Below, piece after piece: positions 46,878 through 57,150 of a stretch of DNA of 64,000 nt. The stretch covers positions 8,190 through 72,189 of the forward strand of contig PKTH01000003.1 of assembly GCA_002869265.1 (NCBI GenBank). The letters run 5' to 3'. Positions within the stretch are counted from its first letter, which is position 1, and each line of letters begins with the position of its first letter. The notes beneath the pieces are model-generated. The model did no database searches, was not told the DNA's origin, and worked only from the letters and a program-made list of their open reading frames with translations. This DNA comes from Candidatus Parcubacteria bacterium (GTDB lineage: Bacteria > Patescibacteriota > Patescibacteriia > Patescibacteriales > BM507). Made by a program: the position numbers and the translations under genes.

Positions 46878-48986
46878 CTATAAGTTTAGTTTATCTGAAA
46901 TATTTTGTAAGGATTTTAAGCTAATTTCAAAAAATTCATCCAATGACAAACCTGTCTCTTCTATTTCTTTTATCAGTTCCCTATCGCAATTTGCGGCAAA
47001 GGATTTTGTTTTAAATTTCTTTTTCAGTGAGCTCAGTTTAACGCTAGCTAGCTTTTTATCTGGTTGCATTTTTGCTGAAGCAACGATTAGCCCAGTCAAA
47101 GTCTCAGCGGCAACCAATGCGTATTGAATTTTTGTTTCTCTTTTTCTATTAGGATTTTCTCCGCATTCTTTATTACCAAAAGTATGTGATTGAATCGTTT
47201 CAATTAAATAATCTGAGGCTCCTTCTCCTTTTAAAATTTCAGCTGCTCGTACGGTATGGTCTATAACCTTATTGCTTGTCTCATCCCAATCAATATCATG
47301 CAAGAGACCGACTATCCCCCACTGTTCTTCATCTTCCCCAAAATACTTTGCCAAATCGCGCATAATAGACTCTGTCTCAATGGAATGCAATTTTGTATTA
47401 TCGTCTTTTACATATTTTTCAAAAATAGCTTTTGCTTTTTTATAATCAATACCTAATTCCTGCCCCTCGCTTTCATTCATACCCCTTGGTGCAGAAACAG
47501 TCTGTAATCTTTTCATAGTTGGGAACATAACCATATCTCTAATGTTTTCTTCACCTTCCAGTAAGGCAAAAAATCTATCGAGGCCCATCCCCCAACCTGC
47601 CATAGGTGGCATACCGTATTCCATAGATTCAACAAAATCATGGTCGAAAGGCATAGCTTCTTCGTCCCCCTCTATCACAAGCCTCTCCTGAGCCTCAAAA
47701 CGCTCTCTTTGGTCGATTGGATCATTTAACTCGTTATATGCCTTAATCATTTCCCAAGTGTTTATTACAAGTTGAAAAGTGGCAACTTTTTCCGGCTCTT
47801 CTTCTTTGGTTTTGGCTAAAGCCATTAATTCCTTGGGGTAATCTGTAACAAATACTGGATTAATCAGTTTATTTCTTACAGTTTTCTTGTATAATTCATC
47901 AATCTTTGCAGGCCAGCCAATCTTATCTTTTACATTTACCTTATTCTCCAAGGATTTTTCCATAACAAATTTTTCTACTTTTTCTTCTGTGTCCAAGTCC
48001 TTAACTCCTACACCTAAATTTTCCTTAAGAAGCTCATCAAAAGTTTTTCTTGGGAAAGGTGGCTGAAAATTTATTTCATTATCACCATATTTAACAACAA
48101 AATTTTTATATACTTTTTCTACTACTTCTTTGATTAAGTTTTCAGTAAAATCCATTAAAAAATTATAATCAACATAAGGCCAATAGAATTCAAACATGGT
48201 AAACTCCTGCAAATGAGCAGGACCCATCCCTTCATTTCTAAAACATTTACCTATCTCAAATATTCTTTCAAAGCCACCAGCAACTGTTCTTTTCAAAAAC
48301 ATCTCTGGAGCGATTCTTAAATAAAAATCCTGATCAAGACCATGGTAATAAGTCGTGAATGGTTTGGCATAGGTCCCCCCGTAGACATTTTGCAAGATAG
48401 GTGTTTCAACTTCTACAAACTTGTTAGCCCACATATATTCTCTGATAGCACGAGTAGCTTCAAACCTCTTTTTGAATCTTTCATAAGCCCTACGGTCAGA
48501 AATCATTTCTAATTCCCTAAATCTTTGTTTCTTATCATCGTCTTGAAGTCCGTGCCATTTTTCCGGAAGTGGTCTAATTGCTTTACTTAGAACCCTCCAC
48601 TCACTAACCATGATAGATTTTTCATTTTTATGTGTTAAGAAACAAGAACCCCCTACTTCAACAAAGTCGCCCATGTCAATTAACTTAACAAAGTCTTTAT
48701 AAGAGTCGTCCCCTATTTCCTTTTTTGAAAAAGCTATTTGAATACTTGCACTTGAATCCTCAAGGTTGGCAAATGTTAAATTTCCATGAGTTCTCTTACT
48801 CTTAAGCCTCCCCGACAAGACAAAGGTTATAGATTTCACGAGGTTTTCGTCAAAATCATCTAAAACTTCACTAATATGGTTAGTTCTGTTGTTTTTAGAA
48901 GTATATGGATTTATCCCTTTTTCACGTATTGTATTTAATTTAATCTTCCGTTCTTCAAATTCACTAATTTTTTCATTTTGGCTCAT
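46878..48986 (-). CDS. lysS: Class II lysine--tRNA ligase fused to a C-terminal HD domain
   Basis: OB fold, PLPEKWHGL, LRIAPE, FRNEG, YGMPPMAGWGMGLDR; extra ~190 aa with H...GLLHDIDW...SH. Confidence 0.93.
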   Translation of the reverse strand: MSQNEKISEFEERKIKLNTIREKGINPYTSKNNRTNHISEVLDDFDENLVKSITFVLSGRLKSKRTHGNLTFANLEDSSASIQIAFSKKEIGDDSYKDFVKLIDMGDFVEVGGSCFLTHKNEKSIMVSEWRVLSKAIRPLPEKWHGLQDDDKKQRFRELEMISDRRAYERFKKRFEATRAIREYMWANKFVEVETPILQNVYGGTYAKPFTTYYHGLDQDFYLRIAPEMFLKRTVAGGFERIFEIGKCFRNEGMGPAHLQEFTMFEFYWPYVDYNFLMDFTENLIKEVVEKVYKNFVVKYGDNEINFQPPFPRKTFDELLKENLGVGVKDLDTEEKVEKFVMEKSLENKVNVKDKIGWPAKIDELYKKTVRNKLINPVFVTDYPKELMALAKTKEEEPEKVATFQLVINTWEMIKAYNELNDPIDQRERFEAQERLVIEGDEEAMPFDHDFVESMEYGMPPMAGWGMGLDRFFALLEGEENIRDMVMFPTMKRLQTVSAPRGMNESEGQELGIDYKKAKAIFEKYVKDDNTKLHSIETESIMRDLAKYFGEDEEQWGIVGLLHDIDWDETSNKVIDHTVRAAEILKGEGASDYLIETIQSHTFGNKECGENPNRKRETKIQYALVAAETLTGLIVASAKMQPDKKLASVKLSSLKKKFKTKSFAANCDRELIKEIEETGLSLDEFFEISLKSLQNISDKLNL

Positions 48987-49068
48987 AAATATTTGGCTTT
49001 GCGATAATAAAATTCGCTTATTTTTGCTAATTTATTCTAATATTTTATAATATTTAATGTTTTAAGTC

Positions 49069-49101
49069 AAAAAAAGACCTCTCAATTAGAGAGGTCTTTT
49101 T
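49069..49101. terminator. Intrinsic terminator after greA
   Basis: AAAAAGACCTCTC-aatta-GAGAGGTCTTTTT. Confidence 0.75.
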
Positions 49102-49113
49102 ATATATTGACGT

Positions 49114-49569
49114 TTAGGCTAATTTTGTGATTTTATATTTCGTCAAACCTCTTGGTGTCTCAACTTCTACCGTATCTCCCTTGCTTTTACCCAAAAAGGC
49201 TCTCCCTATAGGAGACTCATTTGAAATCTTTCCTTCAGCTGGATCAACTTCGTTAAAACTAACTATTTCAAATATTTTTTCTTTGCCATCTGATTTAACG
49301 GTTAGCTTTGAACCAAGAGATACCTCATTCTTTTTACATCCATCAACAACTGTAAGCGTTTTTAATAAATTCCCCACCTCAATAATTCTTCCCTCATTTA
49401 GGGCTTGGGCATCTTTAGCCTCGGAATATTCTGCATTTTCACTTAAATCCCCCATGTCCTTTGCCTTCTGTATTCTATCGGCAATTTCTCTTCTCTTGTT
49501 TTTTGTGAGGTCTTCGTACTCTTCTTGAAGTTTTTCGTAACCATCTTTTGAAATAATTTGATCTGACAT
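49114..49569 (-). CDS. greA: Transcription elongation factor GreA
   Basis: GDLSENAEY, ISNESPIGRAFLG. Confidence 0.97.
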   Translation of the reverse strand: MSDQIISKDGYEKLQEEYEDLTKNKRREIADRIQKAKDMGDLSENAEYSEAKDAQALNEGRIIEVGNLLKTLTVVDGCKKNEVSLGSKLTVKSDGKEKIFEIVSFNEVDPAEGKISNESPIGRAFLGKSKGDTVEVETPRGLTKYKITKLA

Positions 49570-49702
49570 TTAGCTTATAAAAATACTTGATTTTACTCAA
49601 GTATTTGTCTTAGTGATTTTAAATATAGTAATGAATATACAATAAATGAAATATTTTTTCAAGAGTGATATAAATAGCTAATATTAAATAAATAAAAATA
49701 TT

Positions 49703-51250
49703 CTAATCATTATTTAACAATTCCCTATCAAATATTATAGAAATTAAAATAAGATAAGCTATACCTAAGGGATGATTAAAATATGGACTAAAAAAATTAA
49801 CAGCCGATAAGGCAAAAAGTCCAATTGCCATAGAATAGATAAAAACACTATTTATATTATTGGGTTTCATTTTCTTGGAAAATGGAAAAATAAATATTTT
49901 AAAGAGTAAATACAGATAAAAGAGTAATCCAAAAAATCCAAATTTTAACCATATATCGAGCCACCCCCACTCAAAAGCATAGGTAGTATATTCACCACTA
50001 GGACTCATTTCCAAGACTCTAGGATCAGAAGAAACATAAGTTACCGTGCTACCGAAGCCAGATCCCATGATGGGATGATTCCCTATTTCAGAAATCAATG
50101 GTTTTAGAAGAGACCACCTTGAGGAAACACCCGCTTCGCTACTTATTTGCTTTGCTCTTTCAGACAAGAGCCCACTTGTGCTAAACTCCGCACTTGGATC
50201 TGGAAAGGGAAACTTCACTATAAGGCTAATCAAGCCCACCGAAAACATAAACATTGACGCAATGAGAATAAAAGAAAGAACAGTTTTTTTGATTTTAAAA
50301 AATATTAAAACAAACAAAAAGATTAAAGCTAGACTCAATACCACTCCAACCCAGTTACTCCTGGATAGCGTTATCAGGTTGATAGACAGTGAAACTATCG
50401 AAGAAAAATATAAAAATTTAAATAAAACAGATTTTTTATACTTATTGTTTATAAAATAATACAAAGAGATCGAAACCAAAAAAATAAAGAGAGGGATAAA
50501 ATAAATATGTGATTGAAAAAATATTCTTGAAAACCCACTGTCCATTCTTGTAATCTCCCCCACTCCGCTTTTCCTAACCCAGCTATATACAGCTGGCAGA
50601 ATACTAATAATATTATGAGAAAAAATGTACAAGAGAAAAAATGTCTTAAAAGACACCCATGAGAGAGCTCCTATTATTATAGAATAAAGATTAGCTAAGT
50701 CGTTTCTTTTGAGGTGATAAGCAAAATATACTGGGAAAATATAACTCAAAAACATCCAAGCATTAAAATCAAAAAATATATTCTTATTATCGTTACCTGA
50801 AATAAAAGCAACTATCAATGAATAGAGAATAAAAAGAAATAGCACGAAAAAATATTTTAAATAATAGGTTGATTTTAGAAAGTTTTGTAGTATTTCAAGT
50901 ATGTATGACGGTCTCTTTACTAAGTCCTTGTAATATTTTTCTTTTAATAATTTAGACAGCTTAATAAAAAATGCCAGCATAACAAAGAACCAAATGCCTA
51001 TTCTAATAGAAAGACTTAAGCCCCCTATCCCTATATAGAATAAGTATCCTTTAGAACCAATTATCAGTTCTGCGAAGGAAAACCACAAACCATATTCTAT
51101 TTTTTTTAGTGAAACAATAAATACAAACAAAACGATTGTAACAAAAAATATCGAGTTTAGCTCCGGAAAAAGAAATGAAAATAGTGAAAATATTTCTAAT
51201 AAAAATATAATCGAAAATGCTAGTTTAATTTTCTTTTTATCTAGACTCAT
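49703..51250 (-). CDS. O-antigen ligase (Wzy_C)-like membrane protein
   Basis: Many TMs; TLSRSNW, SSRW...HPIMGSGFG. Confidence 0.8.
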   Translation of the reverse strand: MSLDKKKIKLAFSIIFLLEIFSLFSFLFPELNSIFFVTIVLFVFIVSLKKIEYGLWFSFAELIIGSKGYLFYIGIGGLSLSIRIGIWFFVMLAFFIKLSKLLKEKYYKDLVKRPSYILEILQNFLKSTYYLKYFFVLFLFILYSLIVAFISGNDNKNIFFDFNAWMFLSYIFPVYFAYHLKRNDLANLYSIIIGALSWVSFKTFFLLYIFSHNIISILPAVYSWVRKSGVGEITRMDSGFSRIFFQSHIYFIPLFIFLVSISLYYFINNKYKKSVLFKFLYFSSIVSLSINLITLSRSNWVGVVLSLALIFLFVLIFFKIKKTVLSFILIASMFMFSVGLISLIVKFPFPDPSAEFSTSGLLSERAKQISSEAGVSSRWSLLKPLISEIGNHPIMGSGFGSTVTYVSSDPRVLEMSPSGEYTTYAFEWGWLDIWLKFGFFGLLFYLYLLFKIFIFPFSKKMKPNNINSVFIYSMAIGLFALSAVNFFSPYFNHPLGIAYLILISIIFDRELLNND

Positions 51251-51683
51251 CTTTTAAAATATTAAATATTATTTTATCGCCAACTTTTATATCATTCTCG
51301 CTAGTAAAACCTCCATTTACCTCTAAAACTCTTGTTATTGCTCTCTCTGAAGAATAATAGTTACTCACTTCATGACCTTCAGGTGGTAATTTTTCGTCAA
51401 TCTTGATTACTACATCATCATCTATCCATATAATATCCAATGAGAACATCATGTCTCTCATTACAAAAGTCTTTTGGCTTTTTTCATTAAACTCAAATAA
51501 CATCCCACAATTTTCGCAAATTGATTCTCTAAAGCTTAAACCTAAATATGTTTCCTCATCTGAACTAAGAACGTCGATTAGGTTTACTTTTGTATTATTT
51601 ATTGTTAAATAATCTGAACTACGAGAGCAGGCAATTATCAATATTGGCAATAGTAAGATTAAAATGTAGATCTTTTTACTCAT
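51237..51683 (-). CDS. DUF192 family lipoprotein
   Basis: IIAC lipobox; GLSFR...GMLF, LDIIWI, VLEVNGG. Confidence 0.88.
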   Translation of the reverse strand: MSKKIYILILLLPILIIACSRSSDYLTINNTKVNLIDVLSSDEETYLGLSFRESICENCGMLFEFNEKSQKTFVMRDMMFSLDIIWIDDDVVIKIDEKLPPEGHEVSNYYSSERAITRVLEVNGGFTSENDIKVGDKIIFNILKDESR

Positions 51684-51684
51684 A

Positions 51685-52368
51685 CTACAATAAATTATGC
51701 TTCTTTTTTATAGTTTCAACTGACTTTTTATATTTTTTTACTGAAGGCAAAAAAGGAAACAGCTTATAGGCAAAACTAGGAAGCCATGTACTCATCGTAC
51801 CACCATCTTTTACCTCAAATAGAACCTCGTCTATCCAGGTGCCTTTTTTGCTTTTCTCAAGCATACTTAGCCACAGATCCCAGTCCTGTAATCTTTTAAC
51901 GCTCTCATCAAAACCAGGAAAATCTGAACGTTTTATTAAGGAGCTTGTATGTATATATGGCATCTGCCTTAATCGTTCTTCATCAAACTCCCATAATCGA
52001 AAAATTTTTGGTCCAAATTTATGAGATGAGTATACATAAGATCTGTCAGAACTTTTTATTTTGTTAAACATTTTTTCTAGCATATCCTCTCTCATCACAA
52101 TATCAGCATCGCAAAATAACAGATATTCTCCATTAGATTGTTTAAAACCATTATTCCTTGCTGCCTGAGCTCCCTGGTTTACTTGATTAATCACCTTAAA
52201 CTTGTCAAACTTATTTTTAAATCCTGCTAAGACTTTCTCGATATTATCATCTGAACCATCATTCACAACAATAATCTCGTAATCCTTAAAACACTGATTA
52301 AGAATACTGTCTAAACAAAAAGATATTTTATCAGCCTGGTTATAAACAGGTATTATTATTGATATCAT
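51685..52368 (-). CDS. Glycosyltransferase family 2
   Basis: ISIIIPVYN, VNDGSDD, ARNNG, FCDAD, QDWDLW. Confidence 0.93.
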   Translation of the reverse strand: MISIIIPVYNQADKISFCLDSILNQCFKDYEIIVVNDGSDDNIEKVLAGFKNKFDKFKVINQVNQGAQAARNNGFKQSNGEYLLFCDADIVMREDMLEKMFNKIKSSDRSYVYSSHKFGPKIFRLWEFDEERLRQMPYIHTSSLIKRSDFPGFDESVKRLQDWDLWLSMLEKSKKGTWIDEVLFEVKDGGTMSTWLPSFAYKLFPFLPSVKKYKKSVETIKKKHNLL

Positions 52369-53453
52369 TGATTTATTCTATTAAAAATTTTCTTTACTTG
52401 CTCGTTCCATAAGAACTTTTCATAAACCCTCTTTTTCCCCTTTTCCCCCAAATCTTTGGCAAGACCTCTGTTATTATACAATTTCATTATTGCTTCTTTT
52501 ATTTCAAAGGGTTTATCATTCTCAAGCAATAAGCCACTTAGATTATTTTCGACAGCGTCCGAAACTCCTCCACTGTTCGTAGCGATCACTGGAGTCCCAG
52601 CTAGATTTGCTTCTATATAGACGATACCAAAACCTTCAAAATCTCCATCAATATTTCTTGAACAAGTTATAAAAACATCTGCTTCTTTCATATACTTCCA
52701 TTTTTCATTATCGCTAATGCGACCAAGAAATTCAATTCTAGAATCATTTGTTAATGATTTGAAATACTCTTCGTCTGGCCCAGTGCCAGCAATTTGATAT
52801 TTCAAGTCTGGAAACTTTTTTTGATCAATTAGGCCAAGAGCTTCTATAACCTTATCTACTCCTTTCCGCTTTACTAAACGACCTATAAAAAATAATTTAA
52901 AGTCATCGTGACCCTTTTCTTTATCAATCGCATCATTGATTTGTTCAATATCCGTTGATACACCAGGGTTAACTACTAATATTTTATCACTCTGTGAAGG
53001 CAGGTCTGCTATCAAGAGAGCTTGAAGATATGAATTGCCTAAGAAAATATGTTTAGCTTTTTTAATTATATTATATGCTAAAATTCTCTTTCTTTTTTTT
53101 CTTTTTGCAAATTCGTAGTCCATCCCATGCATAACAATACTATATTCAAAGCCCATTAAGTAAGAAAGAAAAAAAACGACTGTGCCTATTGGTAGAACCT
53201 GGCCAATGACTACATGTTCAATTTTGTTTTTTCTGATAGTTTGAAAAACATGAAAAAATGAAATTAACCATGAAAATATTGGGATTATCAATTTTTTTCT
53301 TACCACCCTACTCTCGTCTTCTCTTTCTACTTTTGTGCTTCCAGCTAAAACAAAAAAGTTATTATCAGGCCAGTGCTTGTAAAGATTGAAATAATATTCT
53401 GCCACTCCACCATTAAATGGCGGGTATTCAAGTGTTACCAATAAAGTCCTCAT
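52365..53453 (-). CDS. Glycosyltransferase family 4
   Basis: YPPFNGGV, GRLVKRKG, EGFGIVYIEA. Confidence 0.93.
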   Translation of the reverse strand: MRTLLVTLEYPPFNGGVAEYYFNLYKHWPDNNFFVLAGSTKVEREDESRVVRKKLIIPIFSWLISFFHVFQTIRKNKIEHVVIGQVLPIGTVVFFLSYLMGFEYSIVMHGMDYEFAKRKKRKRILAYNIIKKAKHIFLGNSYLQALLIADLPSQSDKILVVNPGVSTDIEQINDAIDKEKGHDDFKLFFIGRLVKRKGVDKVIEALGLIDQKKFPDLKYQIAGTGPDEEYFKSLTNDSRIEFLGRISDNEKWKYMKEADVFITCSRNIDGDFEGFGIVYIEANLAGTPVIATNSGGVSDAVENNLSGLLLENDKPFEIKEAIMKLYNNRGLAKDLGEKGKKRVYEKFLWNEQVKKIFNRINQ

Positions 53454-54892
53454 GTTTTTTTAAATACTGAATTATAAATACTCTCAATATCATCTCTCTT
53501 AAATCCTTTTAAAATATACAAAGCAACAAAATATACAAGAGCTGACAGAAAAACAACCAAAAATATATTTAAAGTATTTTTCAGTAAAAAAACAATCGCG
53601 CTCATAATAAGTGAAGATAGGACAACTTTGAAACTGATGCTAAATAAATTTGAAAACTTAATATCAATAATTCTTGGAATCTGAAACATCCCCAAGAGAA
53701 ACATAATAACATTAGTAACCAAAACGCTTATACTAGCCCCTAAAGCTTGAAATTTTGGTATTAACAATAAGTTAAGAGCCACGCTAAAAAAAAGAGCTAT
53801 TCCCATATTCATAGTATTGAGCTTTTGTCTGTCACAAGCATTCAAAAGAGAACCAATCGGAAAATTTAGAAAAATAAAAGGGAGAGAAAACATTATAATT
53901 ATTAGAGGTAAATTTGCATCATTATAACTAGAGGTAAAGACGAGAATAATTTGTCTCGACAAAAATGCAACCCCAAAACTAATAGGGACTGAGATGATCA
54001 GCAAATAAGAAAAAGCTCTTTGAAAAGTTATTAAAAGCTGACTCTTATTTTCCTTCCAATAGGCACTCATGGCAGGATAGAGAGAGGCAGTAAAAGCCAT
54101 TGGTAAAAACTGAAGTGAAAAAATTATCTTAAAAGCTACTTGATAAAGGCCAACATAGTAATCGCCGGCAAGGACCTTTAATAGAACTGAATCCAAGTAA
54201 AGATATAGCCTTTGGAATATTGCAAAAAGCCCAAAGGGAAAACTGATCAGAAGAATATGCTTGATGACCTTGGGCTGTATTTTTTTAAAAAACGAAATTT
54301 TCCACTTAAATTTCAAAAGTGATGAAGAATAAAGAAAGTTAAAAGCGCTAGCTAACAAGAGTGCGCTCATCACATAAATAATACTGAATCCAAAAAAAAG
54401 AGAATAGAAACCCAAACTAAGAACAATCAACTGAAAAATTATTGAAGAAACACTTTCAAACGCCAGGTTATGATGCCCCCTGCTAACGGCATAAAAAGTA
54501 TACGTAAAAGAATCAAGTGTGACAGCTAAGGTGGACATCATAATTAAATACACCAAAACACCATGATATCCCAAAAAGAAAACAAATGCAGATATCATAG
54601 ACCATGACAAGATCATTAGAGGGATTTTGATTGCCAATATATTTGAAAGTAGTTCGGAAGAAGTCTCTTGATTCTTAGCAACTTCTCTCGTGAGAACGTT
54701 TGCTATACCTATGTCAATAACAATCCCAAATATGCTAGCAAAGGATATTGCAAAAAAATACTGACCTAAGTTTTCAGGCCCTAAATATCTTGCCAAAAGA
54801 GTGAAATATGTAAAAGAAATCACCTTCTGAAAAATAAGTGCAAAGGTGAAATATGAGGTATTTTTAGCTATATTTTGTACTTTTCCCGACAT
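53450..54892 (-). CDS. Polysaccharide flippase (Wzx/MATE-like)
   Basis: IAKNT, ARYLGPENLG, DIGI, about 12-14 TM. Confidence 0.9.
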   Translation of the reverse strand: MSGKVQNIAKNTSYFTFALIFQKVISFTYFTLLARYLGPENLGQYFFAISFASIFGIVIDIGIANVLTREVAKNQETSSELLSNILAIKIPLMILSWSMISAFVFFLGYHGVLVYLIMMSTLAVTLDSFTYTFYAVSRGHHNLAFESVSSIIFQLIVLSLGFYSLFFGFSIIYVMSALLLASAFNFLYSSSLLKFKWKISFFKKIQPKVIKHILLISFPFGLFAIFQRLYLYLDSVLLKVLAGDYYVGLYQVAFKIIFSLQFLPMAFTASLYPAMSAYWKENKSQLLITFQRAFSYLLIISVPISFGVAFLSRQIILVFTSSYNDANLPLIIIMFSLPFIFLNFPIGSLLNACDRQKLNTMNMGIALFFSVALNLLLIPKFQALGASISVLVTNVIMFLLGMFQIPRIIDIKFSNLFSISFKVVLSSLIMSAIVFLLKNTLNIFLVVFLSALVYFVALYILKGFKRDDIESIYNSVFKKT

Positions 54893-55044
54893 TTATTTAT
54901 TTGAGCTATTACTTATAATACTATCTTATTATAATACATTTTATTCTAACTTTAAAGTAAAATATTTATAATTTATGAAAAATCATACAACAAAAAACCA
55001 CAGAACAAACTGTAGCTTTTTGAAGTATAATAAAGGGGTGCGAA

Positions 55045-55524
55045 TTAACGTTTTGACCATTGCGGAGCTTTTCTCGCCTTCTTGAGTCCCGGTTTCTTTC
55101 TTTCTTTTGATCTAGAGTCTCTTGTTGTCCAGCCCTTAGCTTTTAATGATGGTTTTAGCTCTTCGTTGATAAGAAGTAGAGCTCTTGAAACACCATGTCT
55201 TGTGGCTTCTGCTTGGGCTTTTTTGCCTCCACCACTCACTACAACTGACAGATCAGCGCTTTCAATAAGACCAGCCAAGTCTAGAGCTTGAGTTGCAATT
55301 TCAGAATAATTATCAGTAAAATAATCTTGAAAAGACATTCCGTTTACCACAAAAACACCTTTTCCACTTTTATATATTCTAACTTGAGCAACTGAGGTTT
55401 TTCTTCTTCCAACAGCATAAGTATATTTACCTTTAAATTTGGCGTCTTTTACGTCTGCTTTTGGTGTCTTAGGAGCTTTTTCTTCAGTCACTTCCTTTTT
55501 ATTTGTGGTTTCTTTTTTGTCCAT
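55045..55524 (-). CDS. rpsI: 30S ribosomal protein S9 (N-terminal extension)
   Basis: GRRKTSVAQV, ERKKPGLKKARKAPQWSKR. Confidence 0.97.
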   Translation of the reverse strand: MDKKETTNKKEVTEEKAPKTPKADVKDAKFKGKYTYAVGRRKTSVAQVRIYKSGKGVFVVNGMSFQDYFTDNYSEIATQALDLAGLIESADLSVVVSGGGKKAQAEATRHGVSRALLLINEELKPSLKAKGWTTRDSRSKERKKPGLKKARKAPQWSKR

Positions 55525-55542
55525 ATATTATAAAATATTAAA

Positions 55543-55902
55543 TTATCTAATAATTAATCTTTTCAACATGTCAGTTCTAAACTTTACAGGAGGAAGCATT
55601 TCTCTCACTGCTCTTTTTAATACTTCAGCCGGATTTGATTTATTTAGATCTTTAAGATTAGTTTCTTTTAGTCCACCTGGATATCCTGAATATCTAAAAT
55701 ATTTTTTTTGTTCGAGTTTTTTACCTGAAAAAGTTAACTCTTTAATTCCAGTAACTTCAACAATATCGCCACAATCATTATGGGGTTGAAACTCTGGTTT
55801 ATTCTTTCCACGCAAAATCAATGCGATTTCAGTAGCAACTCTACCAACTGCTTTCCCAGCAACATCGATTTTATGTAATTTTCTTTCTACTTTAGTAGCC
55901 AT
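55543..55902 (-). CDS. rplM: 50S ribosomal protein L13
   Basis: GRVAT...LRGKNKP, YSGYPGGLK. Confidence 0.96.
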   Translation of the reverse strand: MATKVERKLHKIDVAGKAVGRVATEIALILRGKNKPEFQPHNDCGDIVEVTGIKELTFSGKKLEQKKYFRYSGYPGGLKETNLKDLNKSNPAEVLKRAVREMLPPVKFRTDMLKRLIIR

Positions 55903-55909
55903 ATTATTC

Positions 55910-56260
55910 TTAAATTAATTCAATTTGAGCAACTTGTGCACCGTCTCCTTGTCTAACGCCAAGTTTTACAATTCTAGTATAGCCTCCTGGTCTTTCCTTA
56001 TATCTTTTACCAAGAACCTCCATAGCTTTTTTAACAGCCATTTTTTGAGGCAAGGTATCAATAAGCTTTCTCCTAGAAACCAAGTCCCCACCTTTTGAAG
56101 CTGTAATTAGCTTTTCAACCATAGGTCTTACTGCTTTTGCTTTAGCTTCTGTAGTTTTTACTTTTTCGTAAATCAAAATACTAGAAGCTAGATTTCTAAG
56201 CATCATTTCTCTCGGAGCCTTCTTTCTATCTAAAATTTTTCCTTTTTTTCTATGTCTCAT
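55910..56260 (-). CDS. rplQ: 50S ribosomal protein L17
   Basis: MRHR, TTEAKAK, RPGGYTRI. Confidence 0.97.
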   Translation of the reverse strand: MRHRKKGKILDRKKAPREMMLRNLASSILIYEKVKTTEAKAKAVRPMVEKLITASKGGDLVSRRKLIDTLPQKMAVKKAMEVLGKRYKERPGGYTRIVKLGVRQGDGAQVAQIELI

Positions 56261-56281
56261 ATTTTTTTATAATAAAATTCT

Positions 56282-57115
56282 TTATTCAGATTTTTTTGGT
56301 CTGCCTCTCTTCTTTGTAGTTTTTTCCTCTTCCTCCTCTTCCTTCTTCTCTACTTCTTCCTCCTCTTCCTTCTTCTCTACTTCTTCCTCCTCTTCCTTCT
56401 CTTCTGCTTCTTCCTTCTTTTCATCTTTTTTTTCTTCAGAAAGGGCTGAAAATTGATCAATCAATATTTGGTTTGCTTTCTTAAAAGCATCAGCAGGACT
56501 AATAGTGCAGTCCGTTTCAATATTTAAAACTAATTTATCCCAGTTAGTCATTTTACCAACACGAACGTTTTCAATATCATATCCGATATTCAAAACAGGA
56601 GAATAGATTGAATCAATTTCCAGGTAACCAAGTTCGTTTGTTTTTCCTTCTCTTGCTTCAATAGTTTCATAACCAATACCCTTTTTAACAAAAATCTCCA
56701 TGTTTAAGTTTCCTGACATATCTGTCAGATTTGCAATTACCAAATCTTTATTTACAATTTCAACGCTTGAATCATTTTTAATATCAGAAGCTTTTACTGC
56801 TTTCTTGCCAACAGCTTTCAACTCTAATTTAACTACTTCGTCAGTGTGAACTTTAATTCTTAAAAGTTTTAAGTTCATTAAGATTTCCAGAATATCTTCC
56901 TTAACATGTGACAATGACATAAACTCATGGTCAACACCTTCAATCTTAACACCAACAACAGCTGCACCCTCTAGTGAAGATAAAAGAACTCTTCTAAGAG
57001 AATTACCAATTGTAGCACCATAGCCAGGAAAACAAGGCTCAATAATAACCTGTCCAACGTTTTCTTTATCGCCATCTTTAAATGTGATTTTATTTGGTAG
57101 GGCAATGTTTTGCAT
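56282..57115 (-). CDS. rpoA: RNA polymerase alpha subunit lacking the CTD; acidic tail and terminal AT-hook
   Basis: EPCFPGYGATIGNSLRRVLLSS, IDSIYSPV, RVG..TNWDKL; ends EEEEKTTKKRGRPKKSE; lies between rpsD and rplQ. Confidence 0.95.
   Translation of the reverse strand: MQNIALPNKITFKDGDKENVGQVIIEPCFPGYGATIGNSLRRVLLSSLEGAAVVGVKIEGVDHEFMSLSHVKEDILEILMNLKLLRIKVHTDEVVKLELKAVGKKAVKASDIKNDSSVEIVNKDLVIANLTDMSGNLNMEIFVKKGIGYETIEAREGKTNELGYLEIDSIYSPVLNIGYDIENVRVGKMTNWDKLVLNIETDCTISPADAFKKANQILIDQFSALSEEKKDEKKEEAEEKEEEEEVEKKEEEEEVEKKEEEEEEKTTKKRGRPKKSE
56328..56400. repeat. 27-bp tandem repeat (about 2.7 copies) in the rpoA tail
   Basis: TCTTCCTCCTCTTCCTTCTTCTCTACT at 56328 and 56355, partial at 56382; encodes VEKKEEEEE. 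Confidence 0.9.
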
Positions 57116-57150
57116 AATTTTTAAATAAATTTGTAATTATATTGAAACAA

